Shown here piece by piece: positions 10,086-20,168 of a stretch of 64,000 nt of DNA (within the stretch, counting starts at the first letter, position 1; every line of letters starts with the position of its first letter). Source of the DNA: an uncultured virus (IMG/VR IMGVR_UViG_3300009826_000018) (taxonomy: Duplodnaviria; Heunggongvirae; Uroviricota; Caudoviricetes); the IMG/VR virus record IMGVR_UViG_3300009826_000018, positions 1-64,000 of that record. One strand, given 5' to 3'. Under the pieces are notes generated by a model that searched no databases, was not told the origin of the DNA, and was given only the letters and a program-made list of their open reading frames with translations. A program made the position numbers and the translations under genes.

Positions 10086-10860
10086 TGAAAATATAGTAAC
10101 AGCAAAGGGTTTAGATGATTTCACAAATACCCTTATGTGGATGAGCGCAAGATATTGGTTGTCGGCTGACGAAAAAACAGAATTGGAACCCGATTACCCA
10201 CATAAAATGTGTGCAAGATATTGGTCTCAAATGTCGAATTTTCAACGACACAGACTCACAATAGATGTAAACCGTGAAAGGGAATATGATTGGGGAAACA
10301 TAGAACGTTGTGATAGATTACTCGGAGAATACAAAAGTTCAAAATGCAATGTGTTTGTTCCATTTCTTAAATGTGATGATTTTGAATTTACAATGATTAG
10401 AATGGCGATTTTATATGCCTGTGGGCGGCGAACAATAGCAAGCGGTTCATTACCCCACGAAATCATCAAATATCGTTATAAATTTCTATCAGCAGAACAA
10501 AAAGCAATTATCGTTGAAGATTTAACAGGATATTTGGATCGAGTTGAAAAATTAGGTGGAAGGGTGTTCGGCGATAGATTTATTGACGATAAAACGTGGC
10601 AAAAGTTTATGGCGGCATTAGATGTTAATCGTCATTTTGTGGTAATAGCACAAACTCCAAATAGTGATAAACCAAGTGAAAAAATCACTTGTTTTAGGTG
10701 TCTTGTAACCAATGAACGTTGGAATGAGGGGTTGACTGAACGTATAGTAGTCAATGAAGAGGTTGTTTACCCATTAGATATGTATTTAGACATAAATACA
10801 GAATATTGTGAAATTTTCATACCAACCGAAAATATCATAAATGAAATCAACATTTGCTAA
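10075..10860 (+). CDS. Hypothetical protein
   Basis: About 261-aa ORF (ATG 10075). Confidence 0.6.
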   Translation: MVNSENIVTAKGLDDFTNTLMWMSARYWLSADEKTELEPDYPHKMCARYWSQMSNFQRHRLTIDVNREREYDWGNIERCDRLLGEYKSSKCNVFVPFLKCDDFEFTMIRMAILYACGRRTIASGSLPHEIIKYRYKFLSAEQKAIIVEDLTGYLDRVEKLGGRVFGDRFIDDKTWQKFMAALDVNRHFVVIAQTPNSDKPSEKITCFRCLVTNERWNEGLTERIVVNEEVVYPLDMYLDINTEYCEIFIPTENIINEINIC

Positions 10861-10965
10861 AATTTGTAATTGTTGCGGAAATGTGATATGTTACGCCGAA
10901 AAACCATTTGAAATAGGATGGAAATTTGTTTGTATAAAATGTTTAACAAAAAAAAGTAAAAAGAA

Positions 10966-11340
10966 ATGAGTAAAAGATTAATAGGTAGATATAATATTCC
11001 GTTGGGAGAACTTAAAGTTGGGTATACATATATCATAAGAGATACTTCCACAAACACCTTAACATTACATGAATATTGTATTGAGGATAAACGTAAGAAT
11101 GTTATTTTGGTTCGTGTTAATCCCAAAACAGGTAATTGTTTACAGTGGAAAAAAAAGGATACGATAACATACCAAATCATTGATTTTTGGAAAACGGAAG
11201 TTCCACTTGTACCAACCACTGAAACGGAATCGGAAAACGAATTAGATACATGGAGTTATTTTTCCGCCGCCGGCAAAGAAAAAATAACTGAATTTTTTGC
11301 AAACAACCCAAACTTCCCCAATAACACTAATAACGAATAA
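10966..11340 (+). CDS. Hypothetical protein
   Basis: 124-aa ORF, A-rich leader. Confidence 0.55.
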   Translation: MSKRLIGRYNIPLGELKVGYTYIIRDTSTNTLTLHEYCIEDKRKNVILVRVNPKTGNCLQWKKKDTITYQIIDFWKTEVPLVPTTETESENELDTWSYFSAAGKEKITEFFANNPNFPNNTNNE

Positions 11341-12143
11341 TGGGAAAAATATTAAATGACAAGTATTATACGCCACCCGAACTTGCTGAACGATTAACCA
11401 ACAAAGCGTTGGATATTATTGGTAGAGCAAATGTTAGTGAAATAATCGAACCGGCAGCAGGAAATGGTTCATTTCACAACTTATTTCGTGTGTATAAAGC
11501 ATACGATATAGAACCCGAATCAGATTATGTAACCAAACAAGATTACCTAACTCTCGAAGAAGAATATAAAAAGGGGCGTTTGTATCTTGGTAATCCACCA
11601 TTCGGTAGTCGAAATTTATTATCATTGAAATTTCTTAAAAAGAATATGTTGTATGGCGACCATATCGCATACATTCAACCTATTCAAATGTTGGGTGGTT
11701 CATTAGTATTCTATGAGTTTGATTTACTCCATTCCGAAGATTTGGGGGTTGTGGATTATAGCGGTGTAAAATTACATTGTTGTTTCAACGTGTGGACAAG
11801 ACCTAAAAGCACTAATCTAAATCCCAAACCTGATTTCAGATTAAAAGATGTAGTGATAAAAGAATCAAGAAGAAATTCAACACATGCCACCATTGATAAA
11901 ATACCACCCGGATTTGATTACACAATGTGTAATTGGGGGTCAGGTACATTAGGAAAAGTCCCTGAATTTGTTGGACAATACGCCCAAGAAGTGTATTTTT
12001 ATCTTAATGATAAAAGTAAATTAGAATTACTAAAAGAGTTGTTGGAATTTAATAAAATCAGAGAGCAGTGTAAAAATATTTCAATGAAAAGAATGTGTGT
12101 TGCACGTATATATAAATATTTAGGTGAAAACGGATTTAATTAA
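11340..12143 (+). CDS. N6-adenine DNA methyltransferase (gamma-like order)
   Basis: DKYYTP, IEPAAGNGSF (motif I), GNPPFG (motif IV). Confidence 0.85.
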   Translation: MGKILNDKYYTPPELAERLTNKALDIIGRANVSEIIEPAAGNGSFHNLFRVYKAYDIEPESDYVTKQDYLTLEEEYKKGRLYLGNPPFGSRNLLSLKFLKKNMLYGDHIAYIQPIQMLGGSLVFYEFDLLHSEDLGVVDYSGVKLHCCFNVWTRPKSTNLNPKPDFRLKDVVIKESRRNSTHATIDKIPPGFDYTMCNWGSGTLGKVPEFVGQYAQEVYFYLNDKSKLELLKELLEFNKIREQCKNISMKRMCVARIYKYLGENGFN

Positions 12144-12151
12144 AAAGTAAA

Positions 12152-12727
12152 ATGGCAAAAAATATTGGTTATTTGACCAGCGGAAGAACAGTCGAAAGTG
12201 ATGAGGTATATACACCGGAATATGTTGTGTACGCTATCGAAAAATTTATCAGGGGTAATAAATCTTTTACAAAGATATTATGCCCATTTGATAAAGACGT
12301 ACATGCTTTTCCAACGGTTTTGAGAAAATTGGGATACCAAGTTATCAACACCCACTTCAACCCACAAACCGGTGAAGGTAAAAATTTCTTCGATTACACA
12401 AAAGAAGATATGGTGAGAATGGATATTAGATATATAATTTCAAACCCACCATTTTCTATCAAAGACGATGTGTTAAGACACTGTGAAGAATTGGATGTTC
12501 CATACGCACTGTTATTACCATTACCAACACTTCAATCGAATAGACGTTTTCAAGACGTATTTAGCAGAGGTAAAACACAAGTACTAATATTTGATAAAAG
12601 AATACCCTATTCAACAAGAACTAAAACGTGGCAGGAAATGTCAGGAAACCACTTTGCAAGTATCTTTATTTGTAAAAACGTGTTACCACAACCACTTGTT
12701 TTTGACGAATTAATTGTTAGAAAATGA
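12152..12727 (+). CDS. Small phage N6-adenine DNA methyltransferase
   Basis: DEVYTP, ILCPFD, NFFDY, ISNPPFS. Confidence 0.8.
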   Translation: MAKNIGYLTSGRTVESDEVYTPEYVVYAIEKFIRGNKSFTKILCPFDKDVHAFPTVLRKLGYQVINTHFNPQTGEGKNFFDYTKEDMVRMDIRYIISNPPFSIKDDVLRHCEELDVPYALLLPLPTLQSNRRFQDVFSRGKTQVLIFDKRIPYSTRTKTWQEMSGNHFASIFICKNVLPQPLVFDELIVRK

Positions 12728-12742
12728 AAGCAGAAACAAATA

Positions 12743-12767
12743 AGGATCGGAATAATATTGTGTAATT
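12743..12767 (+). promoter_or_regulatory. AGGATCGGA...TGTAAT conserved upstream motif (copy 1)
   Basis: Same element at 24017 and 35348, each upstream of a + strand operon. Confidence 0.6.
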
Positions 12768-12793
12768 ATTTTACTAAATAAAATTAAAATAAA

Positions 12794-13927
12794 ATGAAAC
12801 TTTTAGAAAAATTAATAACAGACATTACAAATGTCAATTGGGATGAGGTTGAAAAGATACCCGAATTTCAAAAACTGAATGAAGGTGGTTATCACGCCGA
12901 ATGGCATCGTGAGGGTAGTTCTATGGATCACACTAAATTAGTGGTTAAAACGTGTCAAGATTATATCGAACAACACCCTGATGAACTTTCGGTTTTTGAA
13001 CGGTGGATTCTAATTGCTGCTTCATTATTTCACGATATTGGTAAAGGAAAAGTCGCCAAGTTAAAAGAGGATGGTAATTGGTCTGCACCATATCACGCCG
13101 CCGAAGGTGAGCGTCTTACACGATATTTGCTATGGGATGAACCATTTTTCATAAGAGAAAAAATATGTGGATTGGTTAAATACCACATGAAACCAAAATA
13201 CTATCGCTTTAAAAGGGATGACGAAAACGATAGAACCTTTACTGAAATCTTCAACAATTCGGATTGTCGTCTATTGTACTACCTTAATCTATTTGATTCA
13301 ATGGGTGCAGATTCTATTGACAACGAACTTGAAGTTCAACACTGTCAAACATTCAAACAATACGTTAAGGATATGGGATTTTGGGGTGAAAGACCTCTTT
13401 ATTCTGAACCCCCCGCAAGAGATTTTCATATCATTATGTTGTGTGGTGTTGCCGGCGCAGGTAAGACGAGCAAATACAAAGATAGATACGAAAAAATGGG
13501 TTATGAATTAGTATCTCGTGATATTATTCGACAAGAATTGGGAATGGTTGATAAAGACGGTAAGTTTAAAGGTAATAAAGACCAAGAACAAAAAGTAACG
13601 AATATTGAACACAAACGTATAATAGAATTGTGTGAGCAGAAGAAAAATTTTGTATCAGACAATCTCTTCATACGAAAGAAATATCGTGACGAATTTATTA
13701 AAATGGTATCACCATATAAACCACTTATCGAAATTATCTATGTTGAAACATTGAAACATGCCCACCTTTTTAGAAGAGAAGGGCAAATACATCCAAATAC
13801 CATTCTGAATATGATGAAGGAAATGGATTTACCATACCCAACAGAAACAGACGTGGTTATTTATACTCGAAACGGTGATGATGGTGAACCACCAACAGAA
13901 GAAAAAGAAAATGAGCACAACAGTTAA
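12794..13927 (+). CDS. HD-domain phosphohydrolase fused to P-loop (AAA_33, polynucleotide-kinase-like) kinase
   Basis: WHREG...HT, LFHDIGK, H, HM, D; C-terminal GVAGAGKT and SRDIIR. Confidence 0.85.
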   Translation: MKLLEKLITDITNVNWDEVEKIPEFQKLNEGGYHAEWHREGSSMDHTKLVVKTCQDYIEQHPDELSVFERWILIAASLFHDIGKGKVAKLKEDGNWSAPYHAAEGERLTRYLLWDEPFFIREKICGLVKYHMKPKYYRFKRDDENDRTFTEIFNNSDCRLLYYLNLFDSMGADSIDNELEVQHCQTFKQYVKDMGFWGERPLYSEPPARDFHIIMLCGVAGAGKTSKYKDRYEKMGYELVSRDIIRQELGMVDKDGKFKGNKDQEQKVTNIEHKRIIELCEQKKNFVSDNLFIRKKYRDEFIKMVSPYKPLIEIIYVETLKHAHLFRREGQIHPNTILNMMKEMDLPYPTETDVVIYTRNGDDGEPPTEEKENEHNS

Positions 13928-14012
13928 TGTACTTATTGCGTTAGCACCCTTTATAATAGCGACAATATTCGGTATAATAATGAGCATAAAAGCAAGTAAA
14001 AACGAAAATTAA
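13911..14012 (+). CDS. 33-aa single-TM peptide (not in ORF track)
   Basis: MSTTVNVLIALAPFIIATIFGIIMSIKASKNEN fills the gap and overlaps the previous stop. Confidence 0.45.
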   Translation: MSTTVNVLIALAPFIIATIFGIIMSIKASKNEN

Positions 14013-14024
14013 TAAAATAAAAAA

Positions 14025-14333
14025 ATGGTTGATAATTATGTAATAGGATTTATTTTTGGTATGATAGGCACATTTGCTTATGTTATGTTCTTACTTTTTG
14101 TTGGTGATGATTCAATAGATTGGAAAAAAAGAAAACCACGTAAGAATAATTACAATAGGGATTTTATAATAAAAATTAGTTATTACCTCCAAGACGGTAC
14201 TATTGAAAAAGTAGATTATCATATTGCAAAGAGGTATGTGTGTGATCGAGGTTTTGAGGTTTCCGATGATACAGCAAAAACCTATATCTATTATGAAAGA
14301 GCAAATAATGTAGAATGGAAACTAATTAAATAG
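14025..14333 (+). CDS. Membrane-anchored hypothetical protein
   Basis: N-terminal TM segment. Confidence 0.55.
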   Translation: MVDNYVIGFIFGMIGTFAYVMFLLFVGDDSIDWKKRKPRKNNYNRDFIIKISYYLQDGTIEKVDYHIAKRYVCDRGFEVSDDTAKTYIYYERANNVEWKLIK

Positions 14334-14340
14334 TTGAAAA

Positions 14341-15399
14341 ATGACAATTGATTACATTAAAAATAATAATTTACTACTATTTGAATGTATCAGTGGTAGT
14401 AACGCATACGGATTAAACACACCCGAATCAGATACGGATATTCGGGGTGTTTTCTATTTACCCAAAGACAAGTTTTATGGGTTACATTATGTACAACAGG
14501 TAGAAGATGAAAAAAAGGATGTGGTGTATTACGAATTGGGTAGATTTGTTGAACTGTTGTTGAAAAACAACCCCAACATGTTGGAATTATTGGCAACCCC
14601 CGAAGATTGTGTATTATATCGTGATCCTATTATGGATAATCTGACGGTTGATATGTTTTTATCGAAGTTGTGTAAAAACACATTTGCGGGTTATGCAATA
14701 TCTCAAATTCAAAAGGCACGAGGATTGAATAAAAAAATTCTCAATCCTATGTCGAAAGAGAGAAAATCCATACTTGATTTCTGTTATGTTCTACATGATT
14801 ATGGTGGTTCCATACCACTTGAAAAATGGTTATCACTTCGTGGTTTTAAACAAGAAGATTGTGGTCTTGCAAATATAAATCACATAAAAGATTTCTTTGA
14901 TTTGTACCATTGGAATATGGGTACTTTTAGAGGGATTATGTCTTGTCCAAACGCCAATGAAGTTGCTCTTTCTTCTATACCCAAAGGTATGACTCCTCAA
15001 AATAGGTTGTACTTTAATCGGAACGGATATTCCACATATTGTAAAGAATATAAAGAGTATTGGGAATGGGTTGAAAAACGAAGTGAAGTTCGGTTTAATA
15101 ACACATTATCACACGGTAAGAGGTATGACGCTAAGAACATGATGCACACAATCAGGTTATTACAACAATCAGAAGAAATATTATCTAATGGCAATCTGAT
15201 TGTTCGTGTACCTAATCGTGTGGAGTTGTTGGCAATCAGACGTGGTGAAGCAGAATATGACGACCTGGTAAATCGTGCAAAGGAAATGATTGAGCGAATA
15301 GATGGTTTGTACAATACAAGTACATTGCAAGAAACACCACATGTTGAGTTTATTGAAAATGTTTTAATTCATATGCGAGAAACTTTGTACGAATGTTAG
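14341..15399 (+). CDS. Pol-beta-superfamily nucleotidyltransferase (RlaP/PF10127-like)
   Basis: SGSNAYGLNTPESDTDIRG, NNPNMLELL, YDAKNMMHTIRLL. Confidence 0.85.
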   Translation: MTIDYIKNNNLLLFECISGSNAYGLNTPESDTDIRGVFYLPKDKFYGLHYVQQVEDEKKDVVYYELGRFVELLLKNNPNMLELLATPEDCVLYRDPIMDNLTVDMFLSKLCKNTFAGYAISQIQKARGLNKKILNPMSKERKSILDFCYVLHDYGGSIPLEKWLSLRGFKQEDCGLANINHIKDFFDLYHWNMGTFRGIMSCPNANEVALSSIPKGMTPQNRLYFNRNGYSTYCKEYKEYWEWVEKRSEVRFNNTLSHGKRYDAKNMMHTIRLLQQSEEILSNGNLIVRVPNRVELLAIRRGEAEYDDLVNRAKEMIERIDGLYNTSTLQETPHVEFIENVLIHMRETLYEC

Positions 15400-15680
15400 A
15401 AATAAAGAAACAAAATAATGCGGTGCATATTTGGCACAAAGATGGCACATATATTGGTTCAGCAAACGAAATTGAACTAATGGAGTTTCGTTGTCAAATT
15501 AAAGAAGAGTGTGTGGAGGGGTATTTTTTAACAATAGAACCTTGGATAAACGATACCCCATACAATATCAATAAGTACGGAAAAATAGTAAACCCCGATG
15601 ATAGATACATAGAACACATTGAGGTATATGATGAATTGTTAAATCGCTATCTTAATTTAGGTAAATACGAATTGAAATAA
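15393..15680 (+). CDS. Hypothetical protein
   Basis: 95-aa ORF overlapping neighbours. Confidence 0.5.
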   Translation: MLEIKKQNNAVHIWHKDGTYIGSANEIELMEFRCQIKEECVEGYFLTIEPWINDTPYNINKYGKIVNPDDRYIEHIEVYDELLNRYLNLGKYELK

Positions 15681-15886
15681 TGTTTAGATTAAACGAACAG
15701 AGTAAGGCTTCAATAGAAAGAGCAACAGGTATTCCGTATAACGATATACTGAATATGGATATAGAAACAATAGAACGTATTGTTGAAAAAAAAATTGGTA
15801 AAAAATTGAAATTTACTGACGATGGGTTAATGGATTTTGATATTGCAGCGTTGGATAATTATATTGATAGTCTACCTATCCATTAA
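15680..15886 (+). CDS. Hypothetical protein
   Basis: 68-aa ORF, stop/start overlap. Confidence 0.5.
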   Translation: MFRLNEQSKASIERATGIPYNDILNMDIETIERIVEKKIGKKLKFTDDGLMDFDIAALDNYIDSLPIH

Positions 15887-16394
15887 AAACAGATTCATCA
15901 ATAGCACTACCTTTTATGTTTCTATAAAATCTTTTATATCCAAACATTGTTTCGGTGTTGCTGAAATTCGCTTTACCATCATCAAACACTTCAAAGAATA
16001 TCAATGTTTTATTATCAGCAATAACCCCAACAAGGTCGCCATACTTAATATCACATTTGTATTCTTTTAGTGTTTCTTCAAATACCGAAAACGTAATATT
16101 ACCAACTTGTTTATATCGGGCGTTTTTAGATTTTGTATATGCTTCGTTTGTGCTTTTATCAATTTTGTATCTACAAGGTAATTCAATGGGGGATTTGTAT
16201 TTGATTTGTTCAGCTTGTGTTTCACCGTATAAATCGTCAGTGTTGGTTCTAATATAATCAACCTGATACAAAATAACCTTTTGGTTTATATGTGTTTCAG
16301 TATAATCCCTTGCCCATTCCGAAAACATTTGAAACATACTTTCGTCAAAGTGTAGGGAATTTCGTGTAATAGGATATTTACCCCCCGTTTGCAT
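15876..16394 (-). CDS. Putative head-completion/neck protein
   Basis: DDLYGE motif and size resemble T4 gp14-like head-closure proteins; in a late operon. Confidence 0.5.
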   Translation of the reverse strand: MQTGGKYPITRNSLHFDESMFQMFSEWARDYTETHINQKVILYQVDYIRTNTDDLYGETQAEQIKYKSPIELPCRYKIDKSTNEAYTKSKNARYKQVGNITFSVFEETLKEYKCDIKYGDLVGVIADNKTLIFFEVFDDGKANFSNTETMFGYKRFYRNIKGSAIDESVFNG

Positions 16395-16408
16395 AATTGT
16401 AAAAAGTA

Positions 16409-17554
16409 TTATTGGTTACAATATTCGTCAAGATATTCTTCTTTAATACTATCAAAAAGTATTACAAATGAATCTTGAATACGCTCTGGCACTTGTGATT
16501 GGCGCAACTGCATTTCCCCATTTGTGGTTACAGTTATTTGAACACGACTTAAATTAGTATATGATGTTCCGTGCATAGAAGTCAACCAAACAGCAACCTC
16601 TCTTTTTAACCTAATTGGAAGAAAACCAATTGATGCTATATTACCAACAGGAACAACCGCGTTGAAATTACAATTAACCATTATGGTTTTATTTTCAATT
16701 TTCCAATAAATTGTGCCGGACATTCCTGTTGTATCAACTCGACCTTCCATTGAAATATTGGTTGGAAACCCCTCTATTTCTACAAGATCACCTAAAGACG
16801 TTCTGACCGTTAAAACACCCCTACACCTATCAAAATCCATATCTCTAAAACCATGAACCGCTTGGGATATATCAATAATAACTTTATCTTCGGTTTCAAC
16901 GCTATACGGTAACTCTATTATACCTTCGGGTGTTGCTTCATATTCTCCTGGTGCAACATACCTATCGGTGTTGTTATTATATTTACTAAGGTCGGCGGTA
17001 AATGTATTACCATCACTATCAAGTATTGTTAAAAGGTCGGTTTCTTCACCGGTTTCTTCATCTATATCAAAACTAAAATCTTCAATTACTGTATTCTGTG
17101 TGAATGGTGCGGTGGATATTTCAAAAACTTCTTCTTCAAATTCTTCACCTTCACAAACTTTTGAGTTCTGTTGTTTTAACACCAACATACCTTCCATTTC
17201 ACCTTCTTCGTTTTCTCTCTCAATGTGTTCAAATCCGATTATCTTGGTATCGTCAGTGTTATTTATCTTACAACCATTACCACTAAGTTCATCAACTTGC
17301 ATAGAACCGGCAGATAAATGACATTCAACATGAACATTACCCTTTAATTCAGTCATTAACGGATTATCTTCACATTCTTCTTCACCTGTTAATGGTACAC
17401 AAGGGTCGGGAAGAAACACCACTCTTGGGTTTCCACAATTATCCACCAACATCCCTGTTTTCATATATCTAGACGCAGTCAAATGCCCCCAATCAACCTC
17501 ATTGTCCATAAGAGGAAGTCTTACGTTTATATGTTTTGAGCAGTTTCTCTTCAT
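16409..17554 (-). CDS. Putative virion structural protein (acidic, fibre-like C-terminus)
   Basis: Late motif at 17574-17582; C-terminal IGFLP..L...VTTNG resembles fibre tip domains. Confidence 0.45.
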   Translation of the reverse strand: MKRNCSKHINVRLPLMDNEVDWGHLTASRYMKTGMLVDNCGNPRVVFLPDPCVPLTGEEECEDNPLMTELKGNVHVECHLSAGSMQVDELSGNGCKINNTDDTKIIGFEHIERENEEGEMEGMLVLKQQNSKVCEGEEFEEEVFEISTAPFTQNTVIEDFSFDIDEETGEETDLLTILDSDGNTFTADLSKYNNNTDRYVAPGEYEATPEGIIELPYSVETEDKVIIDISQAVHGFRDMDFDRCRGVLTVRTSLGDLVEIEGFPTNISMEGRVDTTGMSGTIYWKIENKTIMVNCNFNAVVPVGNIASIGFLPIRLKREVAVWLTSMHGTSYTNLSRVQITVTTNGEMQLRQSQVPERIQDSFVILFDSIKEEYLDEYCNQ

Positions 17555-17678
17555 TATCGTTTTTTTATTTTATTATAAATAGGTTTCTAAAATATTTCTA
17601 TTTATATCTAATTGTATTATGAGTATATTTGTAATATAATTTAGTTGAGTTCACTTCTCATTCGAGTAGAGGAAATCG

Positions 17679-17711
17679 AAAAACGCATAGGCAAGATTCT
17701 ATGCGTTTTTT
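17679..17711 (+). terminator. Rho-independent terminator-like hairpin
   Basis: AAAACGCATAG-N8-CTATGCGTTTT followed by a T-run. Confidence 0.75.
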
Positions 17712-17757
17712 GTTTTCCGAATAAAGATATGTAGATTTATAGTAAAATCTAAATTTC

Positions 17758-18237
17758 ATGAAAGCATTAACGATAAAATCACCGTGGGCGTTTTTGATTG
17801 CCTGTGGAGTTAAAAATATAGAAAACCGTACTTGGAAAACCAATTTTAGAGGTAGAATTTTTATTCATCAATCTAAAAACGGTATTGAGGTAAAAGATCG
17901 TGGGTTTCCTTTTTCAAGTGAACAATTGAAAGTATTAGTTTCTTTAATAGGAAAACCACCACGTGAATATAATAACTTTAATGATATAGAATGGTTAAAA
18001 TTTTTTGTAAATGGTGGTAAAAAAAATCGCAATTCAGCAATTATTGGTTCGGTTGATATAGTTGACTGCGTTATTGGTTCACCCAAAAACGGCGTGTGGG
18101 CGGAATATACTGAATATGATGACGAAAAACCCATCTACAATTGGATTTTAGCAAACCCGAAATTATATAAAAATCCCATTATGGATATTAAGGGAAGTTT
18201 ATCTTTGTGGGAACTTAATATGGAGGAACCGGAATGA
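17758..18237 (+). CDS. ASCH domain protein
   Basis: KALTIKSPWA.LI..G.K.IENRTW...RG...IH signature. Confidence 0.9.
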   Translation: MKALTIKSPWAFLIACGVKNIENRTWKTNFRGRIFIHQSKNGIEVKDRGFPFSSEQLKVLVSLIGKPPREYNNFNDIEWLKFFVNGGKKNRNSAIIGSVDIVDCVIGSPKNGVWAEYTEYDDEKPIYNWILANPKLYKNPIMDIKGSLSLWELNMEEPE

Positions 18238-19058
18238 CATTAAATAAAAACAAATGGGGAGAGGTAAATAACCGAAAAGATGTTATTGAGTTGAGAGAAT
18301 ATATCACAAATTCTTTCAAGAACTTAACATTTAAGGAAGATACCCACCAATACTTTCTCAACGGCAAAGAACTAAAATCGGTGTCAAAAATAGTTGAAAA
18401 GTTTACCCCCAAGTTTGATGCAAAAGCACAAGCACAGCGTTGTTATGAAAAATATTATAACAACGAAAATTCAAAATATTATGGAAAAACTCCCAAGCAA
18501 ATACTGAAAGAGTGGCAATCAATCAGCAAAAAGGCATGTGATATTGGACACGAAAAACATTCTTATAATGAAATCTTATTTGATTTTTACACAGGAAAAA
18601 TCGAAGAGGTCGTATTACCGGAAATAGGTGATTATATGGGTTGGAACAGTGTTAAGTTTTGGGAAGATTTACCTGCTTGTTATATCCCAATATTGAGCGA
18701 ATGTCGGGTGTATGACGAAATGTTAAAATATTCGGGTACTTTTGACTTACTATGTGCTTGGGATAGACCACATATACCGCTTATAGAATCTTTGGTTCTA
18801 ATGGATTTTAAAACTAATAGAGATTTATTTAAGAATTTCAACGATCAAAGAATGTTACACCCATTTGAAGACATGCGAGATTCACCGGCGGAAGGTATGT
18901 ACCCATTACAGTTATCATTATATCAAATACCATTAGAACGGATTGGTTGTAAAGTATTGGATAGAGTGTTAATTTATTTAAACGAGAGTGAAGATTGTTA
19001 TGGTAAATATAAAATGGATAACCATACAGAAAGATTAAAAAATATACTTAAAAAATAA
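18234..19058 (+). CDS. PD-(D/E)XK exonuclease (Cas4/RecB-like, no Fe-S cluster)
   Basis: SVS, G...H, SE, SGTFDLL, MDFKT, LQLSLY. Confidence 0.8.
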   Translation: MTLNKNKWGEVNNRKDVIELREYITNSFKNLTFKEDTHQYFLNGKELKSVSKIVEKFTPKFDAKAQAQRCYEKYYNNENSKYYGKTPKQILKEWQSISKKACDIGHEKHSYNEILFDFYTGKIEEVVLPEIGDYMGWNSVKFWEDLPACYIPILSECRVYDEMLKYSGTFDLLCAWDRPHIPLIESLVLMDFKTNRDLFKNFNDQRMLHPFEDMRDSPAEGMYPLQLSLYQIPLERIGCKVLDRVLIYLNESEDCYGKYKMDNHTERLKNILKK

Positions 19059-19062
19059 AATC

Positions 19063-19884
19063 ATGTTAATAGGTGTTAGTGGGCTTATAGGTAGTGGTAA
19101 AGATGCAACCGCAAAATGTATTCAAGCGTTGGATTGTTGGTATAATCAGTATGGAAATAAAATGGTAGAATTTGAGAATTATACTGATATTCAATTCTGT
19201 AAAGACGTGTTGGAAGATAAAGTATTTAGTGGATGTGATGTTATTCACACTTCATGGTCTATCAAAAAATACGCCACCAAATTAAAACAAGTGGCATCAA
19301 TATTATTAGACTGTAATGTTGAAGATTTTGAAAGAATAGAATTTAAAAATTCGTTATTACCTCGTGAATGGCAGGTCGAAGGTGAACCACCACGAACATA
19401 TCGCCATTTGTTACAAACAATAGGAACAAACTGTATTCGTAATCATTATAACGAAAAGGCGTGGATATTATCAATGTTCAACACATATAAACGAACACTA
19501 ATACCATATCCCGAAGGTGAATATAATGTTGAATGTGAAATCTGTGGTGAAAGAGAGCAGGATGTTGACAAGCGTATGATATTGTGTAGAAAGTGTTATG
19601 TAGAGCGTCAATATCCCGATTGGGTAATATCCGATGCAAGATATTTCAATGAAATCGATGCTATAAAAGAACGTGGTGGTTATATGATTAGAGTGGATAG
19701 AGGGCAGGATGCTTACCAAAACCACAACCCCCTCAGTGCGGGTTTAACCGCAAACCATACAAGCGAATTGGAATGGCAACAATTTAATGGGTGGGATTAC
19801 GTTATTGATAACAATGGAACACTTGAAGACTTGATAATGAAAGTTAAAAATATTATGGTAGAACTTGAATTAATAAAAATATAA
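19063..19884 (+). CDS. Deoxynucleoside monophosphate kinase (T4 gp1-like) with Zn-finger insert
   Basis: GLIGSGKD, LK, R..LQ.IGT, VISDARY.NE, H.SE, DYVIDNNGT. Confidence 0.85.
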   Translation: MLIGVSGLIGSGKDATAKCIQALDCWYNQYGNKMVEFENYTDIQFCKDVLEDKVFSGCDVIHTSWSIKKYATKLKQVASILLDCNVEDFERIEFKNSLLPREWQVEGEPPRTYRHLLQTIGTNCIRNHYNEKAWILSMFNTYKRTLIPYPEGEYNVECEICGEREQDVDKRMILCRKCYVERQYPDWVISDARYFNEIDAIKERGGYMIRVDRGQDAYQNHNPLSAGLTANHTSELEWQQFNGWDYVIDNNGTLEDLIMKVKNIMVELELIKI

Positions 19885-19889
19885 GTGAT

Positions 19890-20168
19890 ATGGAAACAAA
19901 TAAGAAAAAGTTGATTAAATATGCACTCCTCAATCACATAAAAACATATTTGAGGTATTATGTGCCGAAAGAAAATATTAAAAAGGAAGAAGATAAACTT
20001 TTTGCTGCGTTAAAAGACTTGTTTGATAACGTTCCATTGGAACAAATGGGTGACACCCAAAAGTTCTGTGGAAACGGTCGATGGAATTTCTTGTTTCGTA
20101 AAACCCGAAAGACTTGGGGTGAAACAATGCTTGATGATATACATGAAATAATAGTTAGTAGATTATGA
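19890..20168 (+). CDS. Hypothetical protein
   Basis: 92-aa ORF in operon. Confidence 0.5.
   Translation: METNKKKLIKYALLNHIKTYLRYYVPKENIKKEEDKLFAALKDLFDNVPLEQMGDTQKFCGNGRWNFLFRKTRKTWGETMLDDIHEIIVSRL

Noticed and set aside
18234..19058. CRISPR-Cas locus around the Cas4-like nuclease
   Set aside because: No repeat-spacer array or other cas genes seen; the protein lacks the Fe-S cysteine pattern and fits a solitary phage exonuclease.
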